From Trichoplax sp. H2 (taxonomy: Eukaryota), in the NCBI GenBank assembly GCA_003344405.1, contig NOWV01000190.1:1-64000 (forward strand): a DNA stretch of 64,000 bases. The letters run 5' to 3'. Of this stretch, positions 11,716-26,141 are shown piece after piece. Each line of letters opens with the position of its first letter. Position 1 is the stretch's first letter. The notes under the pieces are model-generated. The model saw only the letters and a list, made by a program, of their open reading frames with translations, was not told the origin of the DNA and ran no database searches. The position numbers and the translations under genes were made by a program.

Positions 11716-12717
11716 CTACCTATAAATTATTAGACTGCTAAAATATATTCTTACTCTTTTAAGCATCATTTTAATTTCCTTTTTAAAGTTATCACTTGCA
11801 AAATTATACAATATTGGGTTCAGGATTGCTGGCAACAACATCAAGATTGTGAAAAGTTGAAAAAAGTACCAAGTCCCTTCGGGTACTTTCCAATGAAATT
11901 GTGAATCTTGCAGTTTTTGGAAAAATAGCCAAACATACGATATAATGAACGGGCAAGACGCAGTTGAAGATATCACAGTGATGATCAAAAGCCAAATAAT
12001 CGACCTGTATCTTTTACGAATGGACTTCCTGATTCTTGTTTTATAACTGGAATCATCCATAGGAATAGTTTTTCGACATAACTTTACTAGGATGCAAACA
12101 TAGCAAGTAAGAATGATGCTTAAAGGTATGAAACAGCCTATGGTAGCAAATACAGTTATTATTACTGTATCGACTACGACAGAACCAGAAGACAGCGATC
12201 CTGAACAATCGATAACATCATGGTGCTCGTAAGAGTTAAAGACCAAAAATATGGATGCCGCAGCTACAGTGTAAACCCAAAGGCTTAAAATAATAAATTT
12301 CAACTTGTGCTCAATAAAGGAAAATTTTAGCGGAAAAACTATTGCACGAAATCTTTCCATGCCAATTAGGGATAACGTTATAATAGAACTAGCTGAAGAA
12401 GTAACTCCTAAAAAATTGGCAATATTACATATGATAGTAATACTGGTAATGGATAATTCAAGAAAAAGCTTGGGATTATGAGACGATATTACGACCAAAA
12501 TGCAGTTGTAAATAGATACCATGCAATACATCATATCACCTATAGCTAGATTGGCGATCAAACAATTTATCGGCTGCTGTAGATATTTTTTAGTAAAAAT
12601 TAGCACACATACCGTCGTATTGAAGAAAATTCCTATAATACTAAGTACTGCGAGTGTTCCAAGAACAGGATAGCTCTGTAGTTTTAGGGCTGATGCCATT
12701 AAATCAGTTGCATTCAT
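11716..12717 (-). CDS. Single-exon class A GPCR, orphan
   Basis: 333 aa; NLAIGD, ICN (C3.25), MERF, IDCSG, NPILY. Confidence 0.93.
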   Translation of the reverse strand: MNATDLMASALKLQSYPVLGTLAVLSIIGIFFNTTVCVLIFTKKYLQQPINCLIANLAIGDMMYCMVSIYNCILVVISSHNPKLFLELSITSITIICNIANFLGVTSSASSIITLSLIGMERFRAIVFPLKFSFIEHKLKFIILSLWVYTVAAASIFLVFNSYEHHDVIDCSGSLSSGSVVVDTVIITVFATIGCFIPLSIILTCYVCILVKLCRKTIPMDDSSYKTRIRKSIRKRYRSIIWLLIITVISSTASCPFIISYVWLFFQKLQDSQFHWKVPEGTWYFFQLFTILMLLPAILNPILYNFASDNFKKEIKMMLKRVRIYFSSLIIYR

Positions 12718-14319
12718 ATTAATTGATTAAAAAGGCTTATTAAGATTTCTTGGTGAAAATATTTTAGTCTAACGCGAAATAGAATTAACTGTACGTAAAA
12801 AGTAAGTATAATCAATTACGGCTTCTATTTCATATAGTCTTCTTATAAATGATGATAGCACTATTGAAACCAAAATTATATTTCAAAATGTATAATAATT
12901 AGCTTTAATGTCTAATATGAACCATTTGAATGGAATCGTTTCCAAGGATTAAAAATTACTCAAATTGTCAATAAGTGTGCACCGATAATTAGTGGAATAT
13001 CGTGATTGGATATTAAATTAAAAAAAACTAAGCATTGTGAATAATGTAGCGGTAAATGATCGAATCAGGATCATTAGATATCACAAGTCAATACAATAGT
13101 ATTTCTAACATAAATTTATTATCTGAATTACCAACAATCAAATGTTATAGTTAAATAATTGCTAGTAAGCGATTAATAGACTATCTATCTAATTCTATGT
13201 CAGGAATTTATCGTTATTTAAATAATTTTTATGTAGTTACTTTTCAAGATATACTATGGTTTAGGCATATTATAATCGTTCCCAAAAAGACTATATTACG
13301 ATATGCTAGGATAAATGAACATGAGAAAAGATCTGTTGTGGAAATTAATCTATCGAGTTGTAACTGTACAATATGGATGATACGATAAGAAATTTTAACA
13401 GTTGAGATACATTGCAGCTATAAAAAACAATTAATTACGTTCAATAAGACAAGAGTTAATTGCTATTTAAAAATCTTATTAAATGACACTGGCTTAATGC
13501 ACTTAGTTTCAGGAAAATTTTCATTTTCTGATATCCGAAGAATCAACTAATACATAATTTTGTATCGTGATAGAAATTTGCTTTCAAGACTGTTGAGAAA
13601 AAAGTTTTCGATATTTTTTAGTGACAATAGCAGACTCATAGCTTGAAACTTCATTATTAATTACGTAAGAAAAATCTTCTAAATAAAGTTTAGCTAAGAA
13701 ATTGGCTAGTACTAGCTTAGTAGAATGGTGTTAAACTGAATTGTAATAGCCATTAGTTAATAGAAATCATTTTCATTGACCATATAGTTTCTTGTAGGAT
13801 AAAAGATAGACTAGCAAGGATAATATTAGCTCAGAAATGTGCAGTAGGAGGGTAGTTTTAATCTATGACAAGCTATTAGCTAGACTTACTAGATTAAAGG
13901 GAAAAATAACACTTATTTCATTTTATACTCATAATATAACTCATACCTTAAATCTGCCATGCCAGCATTACAACAATTAAATTTACTCATTCTGTAGTGG
14001 AAGAGAATTATAGTATTATAATTTCATATTCTATCACTAATCTATGCACATTGATTGATTTTATAGTGTCACCCTTTTAGTAATCATAATTTAGTGGTAG
14101 TCATGTTAAAAGCTTTAATGTCTCAAAATTAAATCAAATGCCACCCTGTATTATTCATCCATTCTTTCCAAAGAGAAAAATAACAATATTATATCAGAGT
14201 ATCCGGAGTGGCCTTAAACTGTGCTTTAGTAGCTATTTGTTAATGCGAATTTATTAACGTTGGCTCAAGAGTTGTCGTAAGGATAAAATATAGAGTAGTG
14301 ACGATAATATCAGCATAGC

Positions 14320-14954
14320 TGTGACAGTGTTAAATACTGTATTACAGTAGAAATATCTATGTTAGGATAATTCTTGTTAGCCTATCCTGATTTAGTTAAC
14401 CTCTAATTTGGATATACTGTGCTTTAATATAGCACTGACTTTTTATGACAGTGACACATATACACATACTGAAACTAATAGTTATAATAGGGAATGCAAA
14501 TCATCTACTTACAGTTCCAATCATTGTGATTGTAATGTACTTATGGTAGATCGTAAATTATCATGGAAATGTTCCGTGATAGGACATATCGTAATCTGAC
14601 TATTCTGTATTAGTCATTATATGTCTATGTTGGTAAATACTGTTGTCTGCATTAAGGGAGCAGTAGCTAAAATTAATATCTAATTCAGTAAATGATTCTA
14701 ATGTTAATTGTATTAACTATGACTCATGAACTATTGAGGATTAGTAGATAAATAAATGCAGTATATCGTACAATAAAGTGAATTCTCAAGCTTAGTGTTT
14801 AACGTAAAATACGAGGCGTCTAAGTCTTTATGTAGTCTGCTAGTAGAGCAAAAGTGTTTGTAATAGTGCAGATATCGTTCCTTGATACGTGGTTCAAGGA
14901 ATTGACTTATTGATCGTATATTGCGTTATCTTGTTGCAAAGCTGTTTTGTGAGA
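14320..14954 (+). mobile_element. Solo-LTR-like insertion, family A copy 2
   Basis: TGTGACA...TGTGAGA; perfect TSD ATAGC (14315-14319 / 14955-14959). Confidence 0.9.
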
Positions 14955-15589
14955 ATAGCAACAAGCAGTAAAAGGATAATTCTAATCTATAGCTTACTGC
15001 CATGAAGATTTACTAGATCAAAGGCAAAAAAGGATACCTATTTCATTTCAGACTTCACTTCAATTATGTTTATTTCCGCTGAGGTAAAAGCAAATTAAAG
15101 AAAAATAGATTTACATTCTACTACCCGGCTATGCATACTGATTTTACAACAGTACTCGTTCAAATAAACGTAGTTTGGTGCTAGTTGTGATATTTGTGCT
15201 AAGAAAACTGACACCTCAAAAATGAATCGAATGCTTTCCTGTGACAGGCTTCTATTTATTCAAAAGAGACGAAATACAATATTGTATTATATCATACGAA
15301 AAATTGGAAAAGATTAAATTATGCTGAAAAGATGGTAACTTGCGCAAGAATTAAGGCACAATCTTTAACTGAATCTACGATAAAGTCTATATGCACTTAA
15401 GAATATATTATTAATTGATCATACGAAATGGCTAAAATTAACGTATTTGAGTGAAGTCGAAAATTTGTTTGCAATAAAGCTTTCGAATAACAAATAAATG
15501 AAAGGTAACTTTTTTACTCTCTAATAACTTTTAAATACAACTATCTTCCCAAGCTATTTTCTCAAAGTCAGCTACATCACAGTATCGAA

Positions 15590-16570
15590 ATAAAACTCTG
15601 ATAGCTAATTTTTACAAATTTTGTATTAAATGCTAGCTTTAGCATGCAATTATAAAAGAATTTTTAGAATTCTACTGTACTACTTGTTGTTATGGAAGTA
15701 AAATTAGCATCTTGGATGACTTTTACTAACAATTGTAGCTCTATTCATAGCCATTTTTAAGAGTCACGAACGCGTTCATCATTAACACGCAATCTTATTC
15801 ATGAGAATTTGTTTACTTCCGCATTATGTTAGCTTGTGAATTTTTGCTTTATCAGGTGAAATTTTTCTATCTAAGCATTGTCATTCCTAATTAATGAACC
15901 AGACTGAATAAAGTTCTGAATAGAAGGTTCCTTAATACACTAATAGCAAAATAAGAGATAATAATGATATAGTATGACCATTGATTGCAGATAAAATGTA
16001 TTCAGTGTTCTCCTACTATTGGGATCTTCAAACTGCTAGGTACAGTAAGGTATGATTTCCTCTTGAAATAAGCGACATTTACTCAATGACTTATACTAAG
16101 CGATTTAAATATTTTATTTATCGTATAGTGGCCATTCTGTTAATGTTTGAAATGCGGATCTGAAAATTCTTCAATTAAAAATAATAGGTTTTACTAAACT
16201 TGGTACTACAGAGCTGTACATGGCTTACCACAATCAAATGATAATAATTTAGCTTATTGGTGTCATTTAGCCAACGCAGTATATTTTCGGCATATTATTA
16301 TATGCATTCAAACCATGTTACAGTAATTTTATACGCGCTTCAGCTCAGATGCTGTTAGAATTATTAGATCAACTAGATTTGTAATAGCAATCTAGTATAC
16401 ATAGTAAAATAAAATCCCCCTTAAACTACAGTGCTTTGTAAATATAGGAAACTAGTACTAGCATTAATATAGTTATAAAGTAAGGATGAACTTAATAGGA
16501 TTGTAGATTTTAATCTTATAATGATTTCAATGATGTTAAGCTATGCTATTTTGATGATAGCTATATACAT
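15590..16570 (-). pseudogene. Possible very old GPCR relic
   Basis: Minus-strand fragments in GPCR order over ~1 kb: TKHCSLRGILFYYVY*IAITNLVDLI (TM2-like), IICRKY (C3.25-like), PYCT (ECL2-like), FFYNCMLKLAFNTKF (TM7/H8-like); heavily decayed. Confidence 0.35.
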
Positions 16571-17724
16571 ATATTTATGTAACGTATCGTCCTAATATAG
16601 ATATTGATCAACTATTAGTCACGTGTTAAAAGTTAATAATAATAATAATAATATAGAAATAATCTTCAAGTAGGGGTAGTTGCTAATGTAAAATTGAAGA
16701 CAATGTATGTTTTCGTCTTTGATCGCTAAATAAATTTCCTCTAAGCTAAGATGGGTTGTTGTGTACTAAATTTCATATGAATATAATGACGAGTAGTTTA
16801 TTATAACTTCGCTATACTAGTAATTTGTTCATATATAACATGAATAGGCTAAGTCATATAATTTATATAGTATTTTAAACAATAATTTCTCAAACTAACG
16901 TTTTGAATTTCGATTCACAATGAGTTTTCTTTAAAAAGTATTAGGATTAGCAAGTACAGTATGCATAATGGTGACATAGTCCAAATAAAATTAACCGTGT
17001 GTATCTCAGTTTTATCATCTTAAATATGTGCTAAACCGATACAGTCAATTCTGTAACCACTGATTCTAATTTCCATTAACCAAATTAGATTGAAAATTGA
17101 TTTTGCGAGCGAAACCTTATAACACCTTGCCTATTTTTCTAGGATTGATTAAACAATCTGTAAGCTTTATATCAATTGCAGCAGAACTAATCAATCCGGC
17201 TTGCAGCTGTTCCTGATTTCAAGAATAAGAATCATCTAACCGGCATAAGCTATTACTTGGTTTAATCAATAACATTTTTACAGTTTTGGGAAGAAACAAT
17301 TATTAAACATTTTAAGCGATTGCAACAGAACTGATTACAGCATCATGAATTTCGAATAAATTCTAATTATAAATCTTTTCCGGTATTCTTAGATTTCAGG
17401 CTAATAAATTATTGATTTGTTGATAAGTTCCCAAATTCCTGTTATAAATTAGCAAATACAGTACATAAATCCATGCAAGGCATCTGTAGTTCAAAATATT
17501 TCAATCATGAGGCCATATCCTATCTATTAATTTACGCGATGGCAAAGAATAAAATTGAGGTAGCTACTGTTTATGTCACAAATATCAAATTAATAGCGTA
17601 AGACTATAAGAGGAACTACAACTTTCTAAGACGACTATCAATATCTATTTAATTTCTTGGAATTATTTGCACTTTCATTAAACTATTTCGCTGTTTGCAT
17701 CAATTATTCAAAATCAATAATACA

Positions 17725-18280
17725 CGATATTCGTATATGTTTAGAAGAACAAAAATGGCTGATTTTTATGCCGTTGAAATCAAATGAACACATATGGTAA
17801 AGTTGCTTTTGGCAAATTGATTGCATCTGATGCTTGTATATGTTTGTATAAAGTATATAAATCCATTTTTATGCCATTTAAATTAACAAACATCCCTGGT
17901 GAAATTGTTTTTTGATGAATCGATAGCGCCCAATACTTGTAAGCTTTTACAAGAAGTAAGTAAATAGATTTAATGCCATTTAAATCCCAGCCAAAAATTC
18001 GGTAGTAATATTGCTTTTGTTGGATTGATAGCGCTTGATTCTCGCATATGTTTGTAAGGAGTAAATAGTTTAATTTTTATTTCATTTAAATCAAACAAAC
18101 ATCGTGGTAAGTTGCTATTAGTAAATTGATAGTATTCAAAACTCTTACACGTTTGTAAAAAGTAAATGGTTTGATCTTTATACCATTTAAATCAACAAAC
18201 TTTGGTAATAAAGTTATATTGGAGATCGTCATAATTCAATCTTATGAACATCTCTTAAAAGTGAAATTGATAGATTTAAA
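17725..18280. repeat. Imperfect tandem repeat, ~103-bp unit, ~5 copies
   Basis: Recurring tttttatgccatttaaatc-like core at ~17763, 17866, 17968, 18075, 18176, plus recurring gcatatgtttgtaa and ttgatagcg motifs. Confidence 0.8.
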
Positions 18281-18304
18281 TTTTTAAGAGCTTATCATAG
18301 CAAG

Positions 18305-19354
18305 CTATTTTCTGGAAGTGGAGTCCGTTTTCTTACTTTCTGGCCAGATTTTTCTCCGAAAAATCGGTAATCCTATCGATTTCAACAAATTTTTCATTTC
18401 TTTTCGATAACTGTTACTAGCAATATTATATAAGATTGGATTAAGAATACAAGGCAGTATCAGCAGAATGATAAAAGACTGAAATAGCGACCAAAATTGA
18501 TATGGAAGAGTTTTGTGCAATTGAGGATTGAGAAGTTTACTGTATGTAATCCATAGGAAAAGTGTTGAAAAAGGGCAAAAGGATAAGGCCGACAAGATCG
18601 TCATAACCAGCAATGTTACTACGCAAGCATTTTTTTTATGCTCAATTCTTGCCATGTGAATTTTGTAGTCTGATTCATCCATTGGAATAGTTTTCCTACA
18701 TAATTTGATAGCAATAGTAACATAACAGCAAATGATGATCACGATTGGGATAAAAATTGATATAGTGGCAAATATCGTAGTTAAAGCTGCATTACGAACA
18801 GTTCCTCTCGAGGAAAATGCTCCAGTACAATCCAGAACTTCGTAGGTGGTATAATCACGACCAACGACTAAAATTAATGCTGTAGTCACTGATATAGTCC
18901 AGATTACCGGGAAAAAAAACTTTATATGTTGTTTACTTAACGGTGATTTAAGTGGATAAATAATAGCACGATATCGTTCGATTCCAATCACGGCTAAGGT
19001 TATCATTGAGCTAGATACCCCTAATATGCCTGTAAATGCTAACGTATTACATACCAAGGTTATGGTAGAAAAAGACAGATTGGAATAAAATTGCGGATTG
19101 CTAGCAACAACCGCTGGATAGGTAAATTTAAAGCTAAGTAATATGCAGTGTATCATATCTGATATAGCCAAGTTAGCAATCAAACGATTTATTGGTTGTT
19201 GTAGATTCTTTTTGGTAAAAATGGTTACACACAGTGTGATGTTAAGAATCAAACCGATGATACACAGGCTAATAACCACAACAGAAAGTCGAAAATCGAA
19301 CCAACTAGTTAGCGTTTTATTTCTGAATACAGAATGATTCATTTTAAAGTGCAT
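18305..19354 (-). CDS. Single-exon class A GPCR, orphan
   Basis: 349 aa; NLAISD, IERY, LDCTG, NPILY. Confidence 0.93.
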   Translation of the reverse strand: MHFKMNHSVFRNKTLTSWFDFRLSVVVISLCIIGLILNITLCVTIFTKKNLQQPINRLIANLAISDMIHCILLSFKFTYPAVVASNPQFYSNLSFSTITLVCNTLAFTGILGVSSSMITLAVIGIERYRAIIYPLKSPLSKQHIKFFFPVIWTISVTTALILVVGRDYTTYEVLDCTGAFSSRGTVRNAALTTIFATISIFIPIVIIICCYVTIAIKLCRKTIPMDESDYKIHMARIEHKKNACVVTLLVMTILSALSFCPFSTLFLWITYSKLLNPQLHKTLPYQFWSLFQSFIILLILPCILNPILYNIASNSYRKEMKNLLKSIGLPIFRRKIWPESKKTDSTSRK

Positions 19355-20963
19355 ACTCGGTACTACTTCAAGACACCTAAAGATAGACTCAAAATGGCAA
19401 TAAGAAGGAAAATAATAAGCAATAAAATGGCGAAATCTTAAATAGTGATGTTTGAATCAATGCATAACAGGAGATTTACTCCCAAATTGGACGAACCGAA
19501 CGCCAAAATAAAGGAATTAGTCAGACGTTAGTGAAAAACTTATAGTTGGGGCTTTGTAAATTAGCAAAAATTCAATCAAATTTTACCAAAATTAAATCCA
19601 GCAAATACAATATATAGCACTGTATAAACTGACAGGTCTGCTGTTGTTTATTAATCTGTAATGTCAAATCTCCAGTTAGATAAGTCAAATCAAAATAACT
19701 GAAAAATTTAGAAATTTTTCTTGTGCGGAGCTAATACTAACTTTATTTGTAAGGAGGAGAAAATCTTTCGGCTAGCCAACACCCACTCGCAATTTTGGAT
19801 CATTAATTGAAATACTGTAATAAATTTTTGTAATAAGTGATTTCTTTAGTACTTTATCTTGACTCAGAATAGATCAATACCTGCTGATAATTTCATAAAA
19901 TTACTTTGAAGCAATAAAACGAACGTCGATAGGCACTTATTTAAACCTTACTATAAGTTTAGCTTTCTTAATAAATGATCAGCTAAACTTTTCTTTAAAC
20001 ATTATTCTTAAAGAAGAGAAGAAAAGAAGAATTTGCGTTTAAAAGGATCTTTGTTTCCGCTTATATGCTGCAATAAAGCTCGATGTCTGCCTAATGTAAA
20101 TTTATTTAATTACTGTATTATAGTAAGTGGTAAATAAAAATATCTGACTAATTCATTGATTAATTTACTGGATCCTTATTATCATCTCGTCAATAAATCG
20201 TTTACTTTTGGAATCCTAAATTACTTATAGGTACAATACTCGCATCAATAGCTGTCACATACAATTACTCATTTAGTTGACAGATTGGCATCGATAGTGT
20301 AAAACTTCTTTATTCCAAGTAAAAAATACATGCTAATGAGACATGCAACTATAATGAAACAAATTCCTTTTATCAGATCTCATGAATACTCGTACAATTT
20401 ATTTATTTGTTATAGCAAGGATGAGTCTCTTCGCGTGACTGCAGTTAATAATGTAAACTAAAAATAAGAACCGAATTATCTGGGTACTGAAATTTTGGTA
20501 ATTTACTTCTTTAGATCATTTTCATTAATTGTCTATCTAATTGATGGCTGTACAGATATATTTTGAATAGAAGACAAACTATTGATCACGGTCAAATGTA
20601 AAAAATGTTTAATAATGATTTTTTGAGGAAGTTGACTTGCTAATTATAAAAATGGCAGTTTTATGCGAGCGTGTAAGAATATCTATAGGATAACATATGT
20701 AAACTATTAAGAAAACTTTATTTTAAGTTAAATGAAAAAGAAGACTATAATAGAATTCATAATGCTGAATAATAGTTAGCTAAGTAATTTCATTAGCCGC
20801 CATAATAAACGAAAAAATCTACGTAACTCTCTTCATATTATTATTCATGCTTTTATATATAGTTCATCGTATGCTATAGTAAATAGAACAGTAGATGAGA
20901 ATAAAGTTAATCTATCATAAATCAATCATGCTTTGCAAAACGAAAGTTTTCGCAATATATATT

Positions 20964-21306
20964 TGTCACACACCACTAGTGACAAAGTAGTCTACACACA
21001 CCAATCCTTGCGCAGAACGCCACTTCCTGACTTAAAGAGGCTAGATTAGCTATATCGCCAAATAATTCAGTTCCAACGACCGAATACTATAGTATACAGT
21101 AAATATAGCGTCATAGATAGTGTAGACGAGGTAGTCAGAGATTTACTACCATTTATTACTGAAGGAATCTTGACACCCAAGATTATAGTCTTTACAATTC
21201 AATAGCAATTGATAAACTAGTTGACTATCTAACCAACTAACTAACTAAAAAGGGATCTTCAGGTGCCAGCCTTTTATAGTCTCGTCAGAAACTTCTCATT
21301 GTAACA
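20964..21306 (-). mobile_element. Solo-LTR-like insertion, family D (343 bp)
   Basis: TGTCACA...TGTAACA on +; perfect TSD ATATT (20959-20963 / 21307-21311); CTATAAAAGG TATA-like box on the minus strand. Confidence 0.8.
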
Positions 21307-24300
21307 ATATTCAATACAATCACTGGAGCTAACTGATACTGCAGGCTAGAAGTTCTACTTATAGCATGTTCACTAAGCTTGCACTAGAACAAATTTAGTT
21401 CTAAAATTATTTAAAATCGAAGCAAAACTTTTCACTTTATTAAATATATCGGCTGTATCCAATTAAACCAATTGATATTAAAATCTACTATTATGGTCTG
21501 GCTGAATGATTTAGGCTAGCCATTTTTCTGGAATAAACCATCAGTAGGCCAAAGTAAGTAAATTTTATTCTAAATCTAATATCAGTTTTAACAAAAAATC
21601 ACATTTTGTAAGTATGTAATGAAATGTTCATCAAAATTTGAAGACTACGTCTTATCTTGGGAAGCCTGAGAAGAAGGCTACCGTAAATTCTTAGAACTAT
21701 TTTTAGTAATTAGCGGAATTACTGCGGTTAAGAATCCTAATACATATAGAAACTAATTTTGGGGGAAATCGAAGGAAGGAGTTACTTAGTTAATATTATA
21801 CAGAAAAGACCCAGAATTTTCTCTCTGTTATAAGAAAACATTTTGTGTATAACCGTAAACTAACGACTTCGCGGAACTACACTGTAGCTTATTCATACTC
21901 GATGAGTGCGTAGCATCTATTATTTTTCAATTTAAAATATAATGAAATTCTGTTTATGTGCAACAGCCGGACCGCCAAGTGTACAAATAACTTTATGATA
22001 CTGTCGATATCCTTATACGATTTGTACAAAAATTTTTTGAATACTCCATGAAAAAGACTAATAAACGAAGCAAATAAGAAATTAAATAAAAGTTAATATT
22101 AAGACCAAGTACTTCAATAATTTGATGAGGAAAGTACATTTGTGCCTTATTGCAAAATCAGTTACAAGTAAATATCACCTAATACAAATGGACAATATCA
22201 CGGTTAATTATATTGAAATGATTGTGTTCTGCTAGTAGCAACTGCATTCTAAACTGTATAACATTAATTTACGAAATATCTGTTAGTTTATATGTTTTAT
22301 CACTTCTTAACGGAATAGACAACAGTTGTCATTCAGTTTTGTTAGAATTATCACGCAATACAAGCCGTTAGATGTTTAAGCTTTTTAAAAGTAAAATAAT
22401 CCGCTAGTTTTTTACAGGATCTGAAATTATACTTGTGGTGTATTTGGGATCGTACTGTAAATGTAATCTACTTTTAAATATAGGCATATCTACAGTCTAT
22501 TTGCTCTACATTAAAATATCGCTTGCTTTTATTTAGTTATCATATTCCTCACAATTTTCTGCAATCATCTGCTATTCTGTAACCTGTTACGGAATATGTT
22601 ATATCTAATTCTATAACCCTGTCGTCTGCATGTGTTCTAATTCAATAGCTATAAATACCGGCATTTTCTACAGTAGAATTATCAAATCCTTAGTATTTCA
22701 CACGCTACTTCACGATACCTTGCATGCTGATCTGCACTGGCCTTCACACTGTACCTTAATTTCTATTTCTACAATACAGTAAGCAATTTCTTAGACTCTT
22801 TGCACAATACTCTCTATGGCGACTGAACTTGCATCATCTGACTCATCGAACCCTCTATCACAGTTAATACTAAGGAATCGGTTATATTCAAAAGTTTAAC
22901 GAGCTTAAGAGCTCTTTAGCGGCTTTTGCAAGTATGGATTTTAGCCAAATTAATATGGCCATATTTATGGAGATAGATATCTATCATTTAATTTTGAATA
23001 TGCAGATTATATTATTATCCACTGTTACGGTTTAAGATATTATTAACAATGTGATAATGTTATTGAAGTAGAAGTAGACGGTTACGTTTAGATAATGGTA
23101 AATATTATGATCTGTTAAGATTGTGATGTTCAATCGTTAATGGACTTCCATTAGCGATTGTGTAGGAGTGAGTTGCTCTTAGAAAGACACCTACTTACAA
23201 CGACGATAGTTATATTATGCGAACACATAATTTTACACACGCATATAAATTTTATTTAATACTTAATAATTTACTTTAGCCTTGCCGTACCATAATGCCC
23301 TGCTCTGTATTAATGTCAGCCGATCCGATAATTAATTCGAGTTCTTTTATGAATATGTCTTAGGTAAATCTGCTTACTCATCGTTCGAATTTAAAAAATT
23401 TTACTTTAACAAAACATGTTTCGAAAATTATTTTTTATTCAATAAAGATAATGCAAAGAACAAATACGAGTACAACATTGAATTAGTTGCTATAGGAATA
23501 GCGCAAATATTTGTCATCTCAGTAAGTATATTTCTCGCTTTACTAGACCCCAAATACTTTCTTACCTAGCAAATGCATCAATTATGATAATTATCCTTCA
23601 TGTCGAAGCAGCTGTGTTTATTTAGATTCCAATAAAAAGTTTTATCATATTTTTCTCTAGAATTTTTGTTAATGATTTTGCTTTTTTACTTTATCAAATA
23701 AAAAGTGTTGAATAATATTATTGCTTAGCTCTATACAAATTTCTTACTCTTACTAAAAATTAATGAATCCAACTAAATGAAATAAATGTATCATTTTATT
23801 TATTTCTTCTAAATTTAACTTATAACGATAAAATACCAATAACAATAATAGATTAACCAATTAAGAAATGAATACACCGTCAGCATTTATTTTATTTTCG
23901 TCAGCTGAGTTTTTAAAATTAGATTCAATAAAAAATGAAAGGCTTGGAATGATGATTAGATTGTACGGTATACAGTACGGAATTAAATGAACTTATTATA
24001 CGTTCAAGTATATATTAGCTACAATAGTGAAGAAGAAGCGTGAAACTATGTTACTTTTGTTTATCAAAATGTGACATTGTATAAATTTTTATGCTCGCAT
24101 CTCTGCTATTGCTGTGATTGATTTCTTATTGGGGATGTATTATTAAAGCTTAAATTTCTTTTCGCTAAGTTTATTGCATAGAGTTCTAGTCTATAATTTT
24201 TATATAGTGTATATTTGTAAGCGTATTAAAAATAGAATTATAAAAATACTGCGCATCTTGTTTCAGTTCCTAAAAGGAAACCAAATCCTTTCCAATATTT

Positions 24301-25573
24301 ATATGAACAAAACTATAAATGATTAAATTTTATCTCATGAATTTGCAAAGTTCACATTTCTCTACTTAAATGATGTATAGTATAAACATATAGATATTAG
24401 CTGTTAACATTACACACCAGTCCGTTAGTGAATTAATATAGACTATGCATCCTATACAGAATTTGATTTTCTGTCATGAGATAACGGAAATTATATACTT
24501 AATGTTAAAATACGAAAGCCCTATTAAAGTAATTTCAAGCTCCAATTTAGTGTTTAATGATATCGAAGATGAATAGTAACAAATTATAATAAAAATCTAT
24601 TAAAAGGCATAAAAATGTTGAATGATAGATTTTAATTTGGTGATACTTAATATAAAGACTTTATTCGCCCACACAATTTCCAGTCAATTACCTCCATTTC
24701 CAAATTAATCTTCAGATTTCAATATCCATACTATTTCATATTTATTTAAGAATATCAATGTAGGTTCCATAAAGTTAACCCTTATATCTTTTACTGTTAA
24801 AATTAGTTATCACAATCTAAAATTTTTACAATCTTAAGGTAATATGTGACAATAGACTAAAAATATATAATCTGAACTATTTAAAATTTTCCAGGAAAAT
24901 TTTCAGACTATCAGATAGCAGTTACAACCGAAAAATTACCTGAAATATGATTTAATGTCTACCGATCAAATATAATTATCTTATAATTAATTAAGTAATG
25001 TAGATTTACGGAGACATGTAATTAATTTATCGCTATTTTTTCAAGATACCGTTTATAAAGGGCATTTTATGTTTAAATTGATTGAATTTTTTTGATTCAT
25101 AATTACTAAGCAAGTTATCAGTAAATTTTTTTAAGCAAGATTCAAAGTGTTAGAAGCGATTTTAGATGTTATTAAAATGATCTTAATTTTAATACAACAG
25201 ATTCGAACAATCAATGTATTTTGATATTCTGCAACCCATGCATCTTAGTTTTTGCTGGTTGTAACATGCTTCTAAATAAATAATTTATGTTCAAAATGGT
25301 AATGAAAAACTATAACAAATTTAAAGTCGTAAGGAAATTAAAGCGAGTTGTGATCGTCAATGCTACTTGCATAGAAGTGGCATCTAGTCACCTTAATACC
25401 ATAACTATGTTATACGGATGCCTAGTAAATTAGTGAGCACAGGATGAATAATTCGGTTAACTGGATTCAAACTCACATTATATACGACCTAAGCAATAAC
25501 CTAACTTGCTAGTGCGAGCTATTAAACTAATATATAATATAATTATTATTATTCGGTAAAAAGAGTATTCATA

Positions 25574-26141
25574 CGTCAGAGATCAGATTAGTGACAAGGA
25601 TAACGTAAAACAGATCTCTAAAATACTACAGTCTCCAGGATTTAGTATCCCTTAGGTATCTCGCAAGAATTTAGACTCGTTTGCTTCTACATTGAAAGAC
25701 TAGGGAATTTCTATTTTACTCAGCTATTTACCGAGCTTCAATACCTTTCGGTAGCAGCTAGCATGAATGAGTCATCATGAGATTATGAAAATTAATTTGT
25801 GCCAGTACTTCATAGCTAAATTACAACAAAGATATTTATAATCACGGACATGTACCAAATAGTTCCTGATAGCTAGACTACAGTATGTCCATTCGAAGAA
25901 TTATTTATTGTATCACCCATAATTGAGTATCTTCAGGATATTAATCACAAGCGTCACAAGATGTAGGACTATAATCAATATCACTTTCCACAACAGAACT
26001 CTTACTGCAGTGCAGCATTATTTACTGTAAAAATAAAAGCTATCATGTTTCTTACTGTAAGCCATTGATAGTTATCACCATATTAAATGTTATTGCAATA
26101 AATCACTTATTTAATTCTTAACGGTAGTTCATACCGTTACA
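25574..26141 (-). mobile_element. Diverged family B solo-LTR-like copy
   Basis: Reverse complement matches both ends of 1175-1616 (gtgacaaggataacgtaaaacagatctc; acggtagttcataccgttaca); TSD not intact. Confidence 0.75.

Noticed and set aside
17140-17470. Faint leucine-rich-repeat-like peptide fragments (IRLAAVPDFKNKNHLTG)
   Set aside because: Too short and too full of stops to support a gene call
17725-18280. CRISPR-like periodic array
   Set aside because: Whole units are mutually similar with no unique spacers, no cas genes, eukaryotic context
21620-22080. Coding-looking stretch on the + strand
   Set aside because: About 8 stops in ~150 codons, near random expectation; no motif recognised
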